Assembly: GCF_030144855.1 (NCBI RefSeq)
Contig: NC_082721.1
Span: 81,964,001-82,028,000, forward strand
Origin: Hypanus sabinus
Taxonomy: Eukaryota
Direction: 5' to 3'
Length of the DNA stretch: 64,000 nt
Made by a program: the position numbers and the translations under genes. Below, piece after piece: positions 1 to 13,111 of the stretch; position 1 is the stretch's first letter, and every line of letters begins with the position of its first letter. Under the pieces are notes generated by a model. That model made no database searches, was not told where the DNA came from, and saw only the letters and a list, made by a program, of their open reading frames with translations.

Positions 1-1149
1 GTTGATCTTGAGGCTCCTGGGCCCCTTCCAGATTGCAGCAATGAGAAGGGAGCTTAGTCTGGGTGGTGGGCGTCCATAATGGATGCTGCTTTCTTGCCAT
101 AACACTCCATGTACAGTAGATATGGTCAATAATCTGCTCTTTGGTTTTGCCGACACTGGGTGAAAGGTGGTTGTTGTGGCTTTACCCGTGATGGACTGGG
201 CCGTGTCCAATACTTTTTGCAGGGATTTCCATTCAAAGGCATTGGTGTTTCTGAACCAAGCTGTGATGCAAACAGACAATATACTCTGCACCATACATCT
301 ATACAAGTTCTTCAGAGTTTTAGATGTCATGCCACATCTTTGCAAACTTCTAAGGAAGTAGAGGCACTGCTGTGCTTTCTTCATAATGACATTTACGTGC
401 TGGACACAGGACAGATGCTTTGAAATTATAACACCAAGGAACTTCAAGTTGCTGACCCTCCCCACCTCTGATCTGATGAGAGCTGGCTCATGGAGCTCCA
501 GTTTCCTCTTCTTGAAGCCAATAATCAGCTTCTTGGTTTTACTGACATTGAGTGCGAGGCTGTTGTAACACCACTCAGTCCAATTTTCAATCTCCCTCCT
601 ATACACTGATTCTTCACTGCCTTTGATTCAGCCAACAATATTGTCATTAGCAAACTTAAATACGGCATTTTTTGTCTCTTAGCTTATTTTTCTCGGCCAC
701 CTTAGACAGATTCGCCTTCATAAAGTTATAATTGCACTTACTTAAATTGAAAGTTTTCAATTTTGTCTGCTCTTCATAATGACCCTTTCCCCTCTACAAT
801 TCTACCTCTTGTTTCTCTTTGAAAGTTTACTTTCCAAGTTTTGATCAGGGCAGATCGACCTGAAATACTTGCTTTTGATCCGCTTCCCACAGAAGCTGGT
901 GTGAAAACCCAACTCCCCAGCAAGGTGACCACGACCAAAGACCGTGTACACGTGGTTTTCCAATCACAAACAAGAGAAAATCTACAGTTGGAAATCCAGG
1001 TAACACACACAAGAAAGCTGGAGGAACTCAGCAGGCCAGGCAGCACCTCAGCTCGAAACGACGAGTTTTTACTCTTTTCCATAGCTGGTGCCTGGCCTGC
1101 TGAGATCCTCCAGCATTTTGTGTGTGTGACATATGGGTTTATTTCCGTG

Positions 1150-1304
1150 CGTTGCTATTGGCTGCATTCGTTGCCTCATCCAATAGGAGTAAGAGACGGT
1201 GTCCCAACATCCAATAGGAGTAACAGGCGGTGCCCCGCCCATTTGTGTTCTGCATCCGGCTGGGGTCGCAGTGCACGGCTGCAGATCGGGCATCTTCTTG
1301 CCGG
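1150..1304 (+). promoter_or_regulatory. DHPS CpG-rich promoter (three CCAAT boxes, GC box) and probable non-coding first exon ending at the donor at 1305
   Basis: ATTGG at 1157; duplicated CATCCAATAGGAGTAA at 1177 and 1208; GCCCCGCCC at 1232; donor CGG|GTGAGT at 1304/1305; matching acceptor TCTTTACAG at 1774, upstream of ATG 1835; CpG-rich over about 1190-1700. Confidence 0.65.
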
Positions 1305-1834
1305 GTGAGTCCGGGGTCTGTGCGGAGATCGCGGTGGGTAGGTCCCGAGACGAGGCGGAAAGTCACGAAACCGAGCGTCTGCCCGTCGGGTAACGGGGCC
1401 GCTGTCCCCTGCTGGGATATTGCTCCTACAGGTCGGCTGCGGTGTTCCCCTGTCTGAGAAGGCTGCTCGGACCCGTGTTGCTGCTGCTTCGCGCTGCTCG
1501 TTTTGTCCCAGGCTTTTGCCCAGAGGTGGAGGATGCGCCTATGTACGAAGCGTCTAGGCAACCTAGTCAGCCTGCATGAGAGGGCCGATTCCGCGCTGCA
1601 ATAACTACGGATCACTAGCATTAGAAAGCACCGGGCCTAGTGGGGTTAATATAGGTAGATACAACGGGAGGCGTGGAGCTGATATGCCAAGGGGACCGCT
1701 TCTGCAGTTTATAAGTAGTTCTATGACCATGGCACGGCCTCAGGCTGTAATCCTATAACATGGTGTCTTTACAGTTGACTGGCTTCCTCATCCATTCCAA
1801 GGCCGTACCCCAAAAGAAGCTCATTGACCAGCCG

Positions 1835-4800
1835 ATGGAAACAGAGGGAATGGCAGAACCGGCTCCATCCTTGGCCCTGGACTCCGTTCTCAAACGGAGT
1901 ACCGCGATGCCTGAGGGCTCAGTGCAGATCAAGGGCTATGACTTCAACAGAGGTGTTGACCACCACGCGCTGCTGCAGTCCTACCTGACCACCGGTTATC
2001 AGGCATCCAATTTTGGCCAGGCTGTGCACCAGATCAATGCAATGGCAAGTACCTTCCTGTCTGGGGTGTTATCAGACACAACTTACCAGTAATACAGTGC
2101 AGGACAGTGATTACAAACCATAACATGGGGCTGTTGGGCTAGAAGCTGAGCCAGTACTCCAGAATTGGTTTGGGTGGAGGGCGGGGAGAGATGTGGAGGG
2201 GGAAGGGTGAGGGAGGGAAAAATAAAAGAAATGGTTGGAGTCATGAAATGCCCAGGGTTGTCAGGAGTTAGATACGTGGGTTATGACCAAAGGGAAAATG
2301 GCTGGAGTTGCTTAGCACTTTAGTGCAAGGGTGTTTATCAAAAATGAAACTTACAAAAATTAGTGAAATATTTACGGAAATAAATCTACCAGAAAATCCA
2401 ATATTAGTTCTGTACTTGTACTTGGCCAGGGAACTGCTGGCAACTCCATTTCTGTCCCACCGAGAGCAAAGCTGCCCTTTTATTTTAGGCACGAGGACAC
2501 ACCATCATCAATTACCAGCAAAGTTAATTTAAGGCTACCCATGAATTAGAATGTGACACACCCCACAAAGTAGTTACAATCATGTTAGAAAATTCCACCT
2601 TAAATACAGTATACAAACAACATGTACGTATTTACACATCCACATTACTAAAGAAAGGGAATAATCCATCGTGAAGGGTAGGAAGGCATCAGCTCAGATT
2701 AGGACCCTATGTGTGCACACTGAGCACAACAGAAGCAGAGTGTCCAGGCAATGTTTCTGCGTGCGAGTAGTGTGTTTACCGAGTACTCTCCGTCACATCA
2801 GGATACAGGATGCAAGTATTGGGACTGCAGTGCTTAGGCAGAGAAAGGAATGTTGAGTCTGGTGTGAACACATTGGTTCGGTGTACTGTTGGAAACCACA
2901 CATGCTGGAAACCTGACACCAAATTTAGAAAAGGTAGCAGAAATGGTTCAGTGGTTCCATTTAATATCAGAGAGTGTACACAGTATACAACCTGAAATTC
3001 TTGTTCTTCGCAGACATCCATGAAAACAGAAGAGTGCCCCAAAGAATGAGTGACAGTAAAAACGATAGAACCCCAAAACCCCCCTACCCCCCCACGCACA
3101 AGCAGCAGCAAAGCACCGATCCTCCCTCTCCCCCACTTATTTCAGCAAAAAAGCATCAGCACCCTCCACACACCAAGTAAGCAATAGCAAAGCCCCCAGT
3201 AAAGACAGTAAACAGCTGTAGAAGAAAAACTAATTGTTCATTTGACAATTTGACGTACCAAAGGCTCCCCCTCTCCCTAATAAAGGGACAGAAAGGTGTC
3301 ACTCAGCAACAGGGGAGACCTTAACAAAATGACTTGCTGATTCACAGTGTTAAAGTTTGCCATGTCACTCCCTCCCCACCGGGTTCTCTGACTCGAGAAT
3401 CAACAACAAACTCTCCCCCACTAACGAGAGAGTGCGATCTGAGACTAGAACCCCCCCCCCCCCCAACAGCTGATCTGCTGTTTCTGATGTTCAGTTTTCT
3501 CCCGTGACGCTTCAGTAGACGGCACAGGCACAGAATTGACTCATACCTGGGGCTGCGAAGCCTCAGAACCCTGACAGCACACTCATCACCTAGGCCCCGT
3601 CCGCGGGATATCGGTGAGTCCTGAGAGTGGGTCCCTTCGCTGCAAAGAACCAAAGTTTGGGGGTGGCTGTAGGTCCCGATCTTCGACAGAACCCAATCCA
3701 CCTTGAAAAGGAAAAAGGTAGAAATTAAACTGTTTCCGCAGGGGAACAAAGAAGTCGCTGTCTAGCACATTCATGGTTCAGTTCAACAGACCATCTGTGG
3801 AAGGAGCAGCTAGAAGCTCAACCAGTGTTATAGTTCGGTGGTTTCTCTCTCCGTTAACGCTGCCTACCTTGCTCAGTGTTTCTGGCATGTTCTATTTCTG
3901 TCTCGGTGCACTGTGTGCTCCATTCCTGTTATGTATGTTCATTTCTTAGAAAAGACGGTGATGAGGCTGCATTTGAAGTCTTATGTATAGTTTTAGGAAA
4001 TTCCTGATATAGGAAGGAAATTATTAAACTAGGAAGAGTGCAGAACAGATTTACGAGGGTATTGCCTGGACTTGGGGGTGAGGGGTGCCAGAGGTACAAA
4101 GTAACGTTGTGTAGATTAGGACTTTATTCCCTGGAACGTAGGAGACGAAGGGGTGACCTGATGCACGTGTGTAAGATCCTGAGGGATGTAGTCTTTTTCT
4201 CAGAGAGGGCATAGGTTGCAGATCAAATGCAAGAAATTTAAGAAGGACATGAGGGGCAGCTTCTTCACAGAAGGGGTGGTGCACATTTGGAATAAGCTGC
4301 CTGCTGGTGGACTCGCTCACTGGGCATCACAGTCAGCATGCATGTGTCAGGCTGAAGGGCTTGTCTCTATGGCTTTCCCCTTAGATTGAGAAGAAGTTGG
4401 AACCCTTGGATGAATCTGAGAAGAATGCAATAAATCTGAACCCATGCCAGCGGGAGATAACGGGCTGCACCATTTTCCTGGGATACACCTCGAACCTCAT
4501 CAGTTCTGGGATCCGGGAGACTATCCGATATCTTGTGCAGCACAACATGGTATGGCCTGGGTAGTGTCTTCCCTCCGTTCTAGTGGCCATTTGAAGGATG
4601 GCACACACTAAGGGCATCTTATGGTGGCCGGTTAACCCACCGATGCACACATCTGGGTGGTACTGTGCTCTACAGTGCAGACAACCCTGGTTCAATTCTT
4701 GCCGCTGCCTGTAAGGAGTTTGTACGTAACTGCGTGGGTTTCCTGTGGTTGTTCCAGTTTCCTCCCACGGTCCAAAGACGTACCAGTTAGCGGGTTAATT

Positions 4801-4882
4801 GATCACTCTAAATTCTCCCATTATTAAGACTCGGGTTAAATTGGTGGCGCAGCTTGAAGGGCCTATTCTGCGCTGTATCTCA

Positions 4883-4916
<34 letters not shown>

Positions 4917-7900
4917 ATGCTTATGATGTGGGAGAAAGCTGGAGAACAACCAAAGTCCACACTGTCAGCCTGGCAGGCCAGGGCTGAAGCTGGACTGTTG
5001 GAGCTGATGCAGCTGTACTAACCTCAACGCCCAGATGTCTGAAGACCCACACTTGCTTAGCGTGCAGAGAGCCGTATGGCTTCAGAATTCCTGATGGACC
5101 CTGGCAGTTCTCCAGGGTTCACGCTGCACGGAGGAAGCCCAGTGAGAAAACTGCCCAGCAGAGGTGCCAAAGCATCACTACTGTGTGGTCACTCATGCAT
5201 GTCAGTGTGACATGTTCCTCTCAGGCCCCGGATGAGGATCTCTGTGCGTCGTGTTTAAGGGAGGAAACGGTTTATTAATGCTACTTCTTAGGGCATTTCA
5301 CTCTTCCTGTTAACTGGCTTAACTTGCTCCCCCCACCCAACCCTGCAGGTTGACTGTGTGGTGACCACGGCAGGCGGTATTGAGGAGGATCTCATCAAGT
5401 GCTTGGCGCCGACCTATCTTGGCGATTTCAGCCTGAAGGGTAAAGAGCTGCGTGTCAGTGGGATTAACAGGTAGGGAGTTAACTATCGTCCTATCATCTG
5501 GATCTCCTCAGCCTCACACTGCCCCAACAAGGCACTGTGGATGGGATTAGTGCATCGTGTTAGTCAGTTAAACCAACCAGGTGCCTTTAATAGTGTTTGC
5601 CGAGTGTGATCTCAGCCAGGCAGGCAATCGGAGTCGCAGGTTGTGGCTTGCACAGTTCCTGGGCTCTGGAGTCGTGTTCAGATGTCGGGGAAGCTGGGCT
5701 TCGAAATATTGTCGCATTGCTTGTTGCTGTTCTCTGTCTCAGCTCCTGCCCAGGCGCTGGAGAAAGCTCAATGCCTGTGGATCTGGACCCAGCAACCATC
5801 GGCGCCCATGGGACAGGGAGATGCTTGGGGTGTGCATTGGAAATCTGACGTGTGAACAGGCTAGGGTGAGTAAAATGGCCCTGGTTAGATACAGCACAGT
5901 TCCCTCGACACAGTCTCCTCAAACGTATCCAGGGCAGGGACAGCTAGAGTATAGGGTGGATCTCACTTTGCACTGTGTCCACAGTGAATCTCGGCTCCAG
6001 TCTCTACATAGTGAACTGTGTTTTCACAGATGTGAAACGATGGAGTCAAGCTCACTGCTAATTTCTCATACAGCCTTTTGATGGTTTTTTTTTCAATTGC
6101 CTCACGATTACTTGACAGAATTGGAAATCTTCTCGTTCCTAATGACAACTATTGCAAGTTTGAGGACTGGTTGATGCCCATCCTGGATCAGATGGTCCTG
6201 GAGCAGAAGGAGCAGGTAAGGTGACACCCCCAGTCTCTCGAAGGCAATGGAACAAAATGAAGCTGTCGATCTTGTTGTAGATTTTATTTTATTTATTTAA
6301 AGATGCAGTTTTAGGCCCTTCCTGCCCTACGAGCTGCCCCACCCAGTACCCATCACAACCCGATTTAACCCTAACTGAACCACAGGACAATTTACAAAAA
6401 CCAGTTAGCCTACCCAGTATGTCTTTGGACTGTGGGAGGATACCCAAGCGCCCAGAGGAGACCCACGTACACATGGGAAGGAACGTATAAACTTCCTTAC
6501 AGAGGATGCTACAGTTGAACTCTGAACTCTGATAGTGTTCTGCTAACCGCTACACTGCCGAGGCCCCCTCCCTCATGGCAGACAGTCGTTTGCTCAAATA
6601 CGAGCAGCCTGCGATTTAGGACTGATTGGCTACCGGGGCTGAATTCTTTCTCCCGTATGACAAATTCAAGGGTTAGTCATCTCGGTAGGTCCTCCTAGAA
6701 ACTGTTGAAGTAACTGTCATTAGCGGTAAAAAAAATAGTTGGGCCCAGAACACATGACCTCTTACGACTCAAACATTTGTTTTACTTGTGCAAAGCGTGA
6801 GTGCTTGACACCCACACTGTTTAAGGTTTAAACAAGAGAACTGGTCGTACAACTTGGTTAATATGACTTTGTGGCTGGGTGGCAGTGTGAAATGTCAGGA
6901 AGATGTTATGAGAATGCAGGGTGACTTGGACAGGTTGGGTGAGTGGGCAAATGTATGGCAGATGCAGTTTAATGTGGATAAATGTGCGGTTATCCACTTT
7001 GGTGGCAAGAACAGGAAGGCAGATTACTATCTAAATGGAGTCAAGTTAGGAAAAGGGGAAGTACAATGAGATCTAGGTGTTCTTATACATCAGTCAATGA
7101 AAGCAAGCATGCAGGTACAGCAGGCAGTGAAGAAAGCTAATGGCATGCTGGCCTTTATAACAAGAGGAATTGAGTATAGGAGTAAAGAGCTTCTGCAGCT
7201 GTACAGGGCCCTGGTGAGACCCCACCTGGAGTATTGTGTGCAGTTTTGGTCTCCAAATTTGAGGAAGGACATTCTTGCTATTGAGAGAGTGCAGCGTAGG
7301 TTCACGAGGTTAATTCCCGGAATGGCGGGACTGTCATATGTTGAAAGCTTGGAGCAACTGGGCTTATTTGTATACACTGGAATTTAGAAGGATGAGAGGG
7401 GATCTGATTGAGACATATAAGATTATTAAGGGATTGGACACACTGGAGGCAGGAAGCATGTTCCTGCTGATGGGTGAGTCCAGAACTGGAGGCCACAGTT
7501 TAAGAATAAGGGGTAGGCCATTTAGAACTGAGATGCGGAAAAACTTTTTCACCCAGAGAGTGGTGGATATATGGAATGCTCTGCCCCAGAAGGCAGTGGA
7601 GGCCAAGTCTCTGGATGCATTCAAGAGAGAGTTAGATAGAGCTCTTATAGATAGCGGGGTCAAGGGATATGGGGAGAGGGCAGGAACGGGGTACTGTGCA
7701 GCCATGATCACAGTGAATGGTGGTGCTGGCTAGAAGGGCCGAATGGCCTACTCCTGTGTCTATTATGTCCACTTTCATTAGACACAGGAAGTCCTTACTG
7801 AAGTGGCCTCAGAGTGTGTTCATGGTCTTCTGCTGCTGTAGCCCATCCACATAAAGAGATGCTCTTCTGCACACCACTGTTGTAACGTGTGGTTATTTGA

Positions 7901-10900
7901 GTTACTGTCGCCTTCCTGTCAGCTTGAACCAGTCTGGCCATTCTCCTGACTTCCCTCGTTAACAAGGCGTTTTCACCCACAGAACTGCCGCTCACTGGAT
8001 GTTTTGTTTTTTGCACCATTTTCTGCAAACTCTAGAGACTGCTGTGTGCGGAAAAGCCAAAGAGATCTGCAGTTTGTGAGATACTCAAAACTACCCTGTC
8101 TGGCACCAACAGTCAAAGACACTCAGATCACATTTCTTCCCCGTTCTGATGTTTAGTCTCAACAACTGAACCTCTTGGCCATGCCTGCGTGCTTGCATCG
8201 AGTTGGTGCCCAGTGATGGATATTAGCATTAATGATCTGGTGTACCTAATAAAGTTGCCACTGTGTAAAATGGCAAAGTAATTCATAGGGGTAAATCGTG
8301 AGAAATTTTCCTCTGGTGTCAAAAACTAGGTGAAGAATAGTTGGTGGAAATCAAGGTTTTTTTTTCCTCTCTCTGGTGCACAATAGATGCTGGGGGGGCC
8401 ATTGTTTAAAGCAGACTAGTAGATTTTAATTGGGAGGGTGTAACAAGAGACTTGAGGAAGAAGATGGTTGCATTTGGCTGAGGTATAGAGACCATGATTT
8501 GATTTGAGATCCTGAATGACTTCTTGTTTGTAATGTTTCCTAAAATAGCAGACCCCCGTCACCCAGGGATTAAAGCTGTGAATTCTGTACCAGTGCTCTC
8601 AGTGTGAGAATGTTCACTGCTGTACAGAGTGACAGTCTGACGGTGGAGCAGTGCCAGGGATGAGCAGCTGCCAAAAAGCAGCCCGCCATCTCTGCCCGGC
8701 AGGCTTGTGGAACTCATCCTGTTTTTATGATGAACTCCGACATTGTCTTGTGCAGCTTAATAAGCCAGTAGAGTTTCCTTGCTGTACAGCATTAGATAAA
8801 AACTCCTTGATCTGCAGATTTCCTTTGTTCTTGTAATCTTCTGGTCCATCAGGGCAAGGTTGTTGGTGTTGAGCCAGAAGGGAGTGGGACAAATATCAGC
8901 CAGTGGGACAAATGCAGAAGCAGCTGCCTTGACAGTTGTGTGATATTGTTGAGGCAACTGCATCCAGTAAGCTCGTGTAATGTAGAAGCAGGTTCTCGGG
9001 TTTGGTGAGTGAGACTGACTGAATAGACGTTAATCATTTATTTACAAACAGTAAAAAATTTGACTAAGCATTTAAGATCCCCCAAGTTACACAAACTACG
9101 GAACTAAATATTCAACGAACAGACACTTAGCTAATAGTGTGCGTGGAGTGTACCTTCCAAATGGTTCTGTGAGGCATGCCCTGGGAATAAAAGGAAACTG
9201 GACCCCAGGTGCTGCGGCACACAGTGGGAAAGGGCGGCTGCTGACCATTCACGGTTGATGATGCAGAAGCGGCATTCAACTGGCAAATGAGCCACAACAC
9301 CCGTACTACAACGAGCCTACGTCAGTGCTGAGCCTGGATTTAACAGAAACCACACCCACACAGGCAGGGATGTGTGCATGTCGTCCACGTAGAGCGGGAC
9401 CACTTCACGTTAACTGCCTGGGCCTGCAACTGACAAAGAATGTGCTGTCCAACTCAGAAATCCCAGTGGCTCGGCATCTAATTTACTAAGTGGTGTTTGT
9501 CCCTCCACGGTCCTGTGCTGCGTGACACTGAAGGAACCCCTTTGTGCTAAACTTGGGTGATTGTTTAAAGCATGAATCGTCAGCAGCCCCAATCCTGTGC
9601 TCAGTTGTCATGTTTTTTTTGTATGTACGATAGACGGTGCTTACACTTGTGTTTATACTGTAGGGAGTGAAATGGACCCCATCAAAGGTGATTGCTCGAC
9701 TAGGGAAAGAAATCGATAACCCAGAGTCGGTCTACTACTGGGCTTACAAGGTATGGGGTTTGCCCTATGGGTCACTCGTTGAGTCTGACACGGTGTTTTT
9801 GCAGCTTTCCGATCCTGCTTGGCGTGTCCGTGTCTCTTCCCAGAGAACATAGTCTTCTCAGCACTGAGAAAACCCTGATTAAAGTTCATGTGGATTATGG
9901 CTGCTGAGCACCATCGTTTCGCACCATTTCTCTGTCCTGAGGGATGAGTGAATTCGTTATCCCATCAGTGGTACTGCTCGCGCCTGAACGTGAGCAGCAG
10001 TAGGCCACTCAGCCCCTCTAGCTGTCCCATCATTCAATTTAGTCATAGGTGTTCAGTTAACTCTTCTGTGCCTATTTCCCATTGACCTAGCTGTTGTAAT
10101 TCTGAGATGGAGAATTCCAGAGATGCACCACCCTTGCAAGAAGTTCCTGTGTTTTTCAACTACTAGCATCTTGTAACCATTTCCCTTCGTATAAGCCTCT
10201 GGCACTAGTGAAAACTTCTTTACATCTGCCCAGCAGTGCCCCTTCAGCATCTCATTTGGTTCCTGATTCCCTCATTGAGTTGCAACCCTGAAAGATGTCC
10301 TGTGGAATCTCTCAAGGAGCTGCTTCATGTCCCTCCTCTTCTCGACAGCTCATACCGTGGAGACGTCGTCCTTAGATATTGCATTAGAAATTACAAATAC
10401 ACAGACAACAGCCAGCTCTCTCTCCGCCTGCTTGTCCAATACCTGGACAAGCCAGCTTATACCATTGAAATATTCAAAAGCAAGCCCTTGCCTTCAGCCT
10501 CCACCGATAACCCCTGAACCCTCACCAATGTATACTTTCTTCCTTGATGCAAGTTGAACCACTGTCTCTGACTTCAAGTATAAGATTCAGCCCCATATCC
10601 TCACTATCACCAGCATCTTCCCTTCTCGTAACAACATGTGGCTGCGTGTCCAACTCGATTGGAGTGTTTACCTTGCACTCGGCCATGTTGGCACAGATAG
10701 CTTTCGCATCTCTCAGTCTCAGCACATCAGTGTGCCCAACCCATGAAGCCCTGTGAACCCTGTGTGTGACTAAAATTAGTTCCCAGTCTGACAACACCCT
10801 CTCTTAAAATCCTTCACACCTTCTGATTAAGCTTCTTTCCATTCTTCCTAATAGCTCCATTTTCCTGGTGTGTGTTTAGATGTGTCCGTGTGTCCATCCC

Positions 10901-11953
10901 CACGTGTACAGCTGTGTCTTGTTTCTGGCTCAGACAACAGTTTGTTTCCATGACCCTCCAACTTTGGTCCTCATTTGCAGAACAATATTCCTGTCTTCAG
11001 CCCTGCCCTGACGGACGGATCGATCGGTGACATGATCTACTTCCACTCCTACAAGAACCCCGGGCTGGTGCTTGACATTGTTGAAGGTGTGTGGACCTTG
11101 ACTGTACATAGTATCGTAGCATATTCCAGTTGATAACTTTAGTGGGCCCAAAACCTGGTCAGCAAATGAGACCTTAGCGAAATGGTTACACACACTTATC
11201 AGTGTACACGTGTTGGATATTGTCCACATTTACTGCTGGGAACTACTACGTTTTAGCAGTGCGGGGGAGGTGTCGTTAATGTGGACATATTGGGGGAGAT
11301 TTAAGATATTGGGGGGAGTGGAATTCAGAGCGCTACGATGACTGCCATTTCTTTTGCTCCTCTCTCCAGACATTCGCAGGATAAACAACATGGCAGTGTA
11401 TGCCAAACAGACAGGGATGATCATTCTGGGAGGGGGTGTGGTGAAGCATCACATAGCCAATGCCAACCTCATGGTAGGTACTCTGTGTTTGCCCTGTGAG
11501 TTATTCTTGAGACCGTGGTCCATTTATCGTCTCTTGATCCTTCTTTTTCTTTCCCGCTATACCCAGAGGAACGGAGCGAACTACTCGGTGTACGTGAACA
11601 CAGGCCAGGAGTTTGATGGCTCTGATTCTGGAGCCAGGCCAGATGAAGCTGTCTCCTGGGGTAAAATTCGTATGGATGCTAAGCCTGTGAAGGTGGGTTT
11701 CTTCCACTTGCCTGCGGTGGTCCAAATTACAGCACTGTTGCCTGGTGTGGGAAGTTCAGATGGTGGGGAGGGGGGAGCTGGTGTTGATGGAAGTGTCTGG
11801 GATGTGGTCATTGGAGCGTGGGAAGAGAGGTCACTGCATTTGTTATTTCTCTCTTAGGTCTGTGCCGACGCCACTCTCGTTTTCCCTCTGCTGGTTGCAG
11901 AAACATTTGCGACCAAGTCGAGTGCATTTTCGTCTCATCTGAAGATAATTTAA
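1835..11953 (+). CDS. DHPS: Deoxyhypusine synthase, 9 coding exons: join(1835..2044,4385..4549,5349..5470,6119..6215,9664..9750,10981..11086,11370..11473,11567..11692,11858..11953), 370 aa
   Basis: Exons translate to [35 protein letters not shown] / [36 protein letters not shown] / [27 protein letters not shown] / [25 protein letters not shown] / [17 protein letters not shown] / [18 protein letters not shown] / [20 protein letters not shown] / [19 protein letters not shown] (catalytic Lys) / [17 protein letters not shown]. Phases are consistent and the total is 1113 nt. All introns are GT-AG except the first coding intron, which is GC-AG. Confidence 0.97.
4883..4913. repeat. (AATC)n microsatellite forming a SINE tail
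   Basis: 7-8 AATC units at the 3' end of the SINE at about 4650-4915. Confidence 0.9.
6870..7760 (+). mobile_element. CR1-clade LINE 3' fragment (end of ORF2)
   Basis: [68 protein letters not shown], with stops and frameshifts. Confidence 0.9.
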
Positions 11954-12793
11954 TCCACTGCCCGCGCAAGGCGAGCAAATCCTATGAGCTGCTGCTGCCG
12001 ATGACACCATCCCTTGTGTTCCGGTGCCCTCGGGATCCCATCTGCCACATATTCTCCCTGCCAGTGGGAAGCTGCTGCTGCCACAGGAGCAGGCTGTGAT
12101 TCCTAATCTCACAGATCAACAGTGTAGAATGGAAGGAGAGCAATGTGGGGCAATTATCTTTCGTCCATGTTCATTACCTGACCAAACTACTGGGAGAAAT
12201 GGATGTTTGCTTTGTGATTTAGAATATAAGTTGCTGATTCTGATTCCTTCCTGCTTTTCCATGTCATTAGGGAAGCTGAGTAACAGGCTGTGGTGGATGC
12301 ATGCACACAAAGTGAGGAAATAAGGAGCAGAGAATGGCCAGGAACATATTACTTCATTAAAAACTTTTGAAGGCTTTCATGAGCTAAACCATGGGCCAGT
12401 TTCATGAGCAAATGTAAGTAGTGTAGCGCGCACAGAATGCTGGAGGAACTCAGCACGTCCAGCAGCATTCATGGAGAGGAAGATGGTATTGATGTTTGGG
12501 GCCAAGGTCCTTCATTGAGACTCTGACCTGCTGACTTCCTCTAGCATTTCGTGTGTATGTTGCTCTGAATTTCCAGCATCTGCAGAATCTCTTGTGTTAC
12601 AGATGTAAGCAGAGCTTGAAATGCCTGGCTTGTGCCACTTTGTTCCTCAGTGGGTGCTGGTAGATCCCTAAGCCCACATTTTAAACTGGTATTTGCTGCA
12701 TGGGTGGCGAGTAGAGGGAGGAGACTGGAGAAACTTGCACAATTTTTAAAAAAACAAATTCTTACTTGAGGTTCTGACTGCTGTCTGGAGATG

Positions 12794-12799
12794 AATAAA
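12794..12799 (+). terminator. Probable DHPS polyadenylation signal AATAAA
   Basis: First AATAAA seen downstream of the DHPS stop, followed by GT/T-rich sequence. Confidence 0.6.
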
Positions 12800-12904
12800 A
12801 TCAATGGCTGAAAACGTAGCGATTGTGTCTGAAGATGATTTTGTTCACCACATGTCCCAGTTTTGCCATCTGGAATTATGACACAGCTCAGTGAAACAAA
12901 TCCC

Positions 12905-12910
12905 TTTATT
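12905..12910 (-). terminator. Probable WDR83 polyadenylation signal (AATAAA on minus strand)
   Basis: TTTATT at 12905-12910, about 200 nt past the WDR83 stop at 13112. Confidence 0.6.
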
Positions 12911-13111
12911 CATCAGAAAACTGATGTGTAAATTATGGAGGGCAGAGATGCTGGGCAATGGACAACTGTCAGTTACAGTTAACTACACTGTGGATCCCTG
13001 TACATCACGAGAGCAGAATGACCAGAGAGATAGTGTCTTTCCTTTAGTCTGTAACCAGGGCAGAGGCTAAGAGCTTATCTGCCGAATAGGCTCAGAGCCT
13101 GTGTCAGAGTG

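Noticed and set aside
5581-6081. Cluster of overlapping ORFs in DHPS intron 3
   Set aside because: No homology or splice support; not needed for the DHPS reading frame.
8976-9410. Possible solo LTR in DHPS intron 4 (TG start, minus-strand AATAAA, CpG-rich)
   Set aside because: No convincing matching terminus or TSD could be established.
11858-11869. DHPS VCAD in place of human VYAD
   Set aside because: As I recall, this position varies among eukaryotic DHPS proteins, so it is not evidence of altered function.
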